From Paracoccaceae bacterium (GTDB lineage: Bacteria; Pseudomonadota; Alphaproteobacteria; Rhodobacterales; Rhodobacteraceae), in NCBI GenBank assembly GCA_012103375.1, contig WLWX01000001.1:2210492-2274491 (forward strand): a stretch of 64,000 nt of DNA, read 5' to 3'. A program made the translations under genes and the position numbers. The notes below the pieces were generated by a model. It was not told the DNA's origin. It made no database searches and saw only the letters and a program-made list of their open reading frames with translations. Below are positions 63,761 to 64,000 of this stretch, in pieces; within the stretch, counting starts at the first letter, position 1; every line of letters starts with the position of its first letter.

Positions 63761-64000
63761 TTACATCAGTTTGCCCATGGCAACCGCCGTATCGGACATC
63801 CGGTTCGAGAAGCCCCATTCATTGTCATACCAGGTCAGAATACGCACGAAATTGCCCGGCAGCACTTTGGTTTGTTCGCTCGCGAAGTTCGAGCTTTCGG
63901 GATCGTGGTTGAAGTCGCTGGAAACCAGCGGTTCATTGGTATACCCCAGAACGCCCTTCAGACGCCCCTCCGACGCCTCTTTCATCGCGTTGTTCACATC
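63761..64000 (-). CDS. gap: glyceraldehyde-3-phosphate dehydrogenase, C-terminal part (5' end beyond window)
   Basis: ORF track 63761-63997 reads ...LKGVLGYTNEPLVSSDFNHDP.SS.F...TWYDNEWGFSNRM... The frame is open to the window end. Confidence 0.85.
   Translation of the reverse strand, partial: DVNNAMKEASEGRLKGVLGYTNEPLVSSDFNHDPESSNFASEQTKVLPGNFVRILTWYDNEWGFSNRMSDTAVAMGKLM

Overview
GC-rich (by eye, not computed) alphaproteobacterial, Rhodobacterales-like chromosomal segment. It holds roughly 65 protein-coding genes, 2 tRNAs and an unusually heavy load of mobile-DNA scars. Left to right: (1) the 5' part of an AT-richer tyrosine integrase beside tRNA-Cys, which is the edge of an island lying left of the window. 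(2) An adenylate-forming ligase, a frameshifted D-lyxose isomerase and an M23 peptidase. (3) An isolated nuoD-URF-URF-nuoE-URF-URF-nuoF block, with no nuoABC upstream and no nuoG-N downstream in the window, followed by a duplicated two-gene module of unknown function. (4) A DHDPS-like/PfkB/PhyH/DHDPS-like cluster. (5) Nested IS and recombinase fragments abutting tRNA-Leu. (6) The assimilatory sulfite-reduction cluster cysG-DUF2849-cysI-cysH-DUF934-fpr, then lrp. (7) A same-strand MoxR/GNAT/DUF2927/small-TM/VWA/M48 array, then dksA. (8) A flavin monooxygenase with a ~360-aa Pro/Ala/Lys-rich tail. (9) A decaying valine-catabolism operon. (10) Two TRAP transporters flanking a P450. (11) The ATP synthase zeta inhibitor and purCSQ. 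(12) A DctB/DctD-like pair whose AAA+ regulator lacks the GAFTGA loop. (13) rne, a tusA-like gene, ccdA, trpE, a ppiD-like gene and an aminotransferase. (14) A ~740-aa orphan secreted protein, a CBS protein, coaD, rpiB and partial gap. The strongest signal is five near-identical copies of a 218-bp MITE-like element with perfect 20-bp terminal inverted repeats (TIRs) and 4-bp flanking duplications. Four copies sit inside ORFs; three of those ORFs are restored exactly in silico by deleting the element plus one duplication, and the fourth (a glycosyltransferase) regains its N-terminus but also carries a separate frameshift. I saw no CRISPR array, rRNA or recognisable defence system. All functional calls rest on motifs and remembered family resemblance; no searches were run, so DUF names and family names need HMM/BLAST confirmation.
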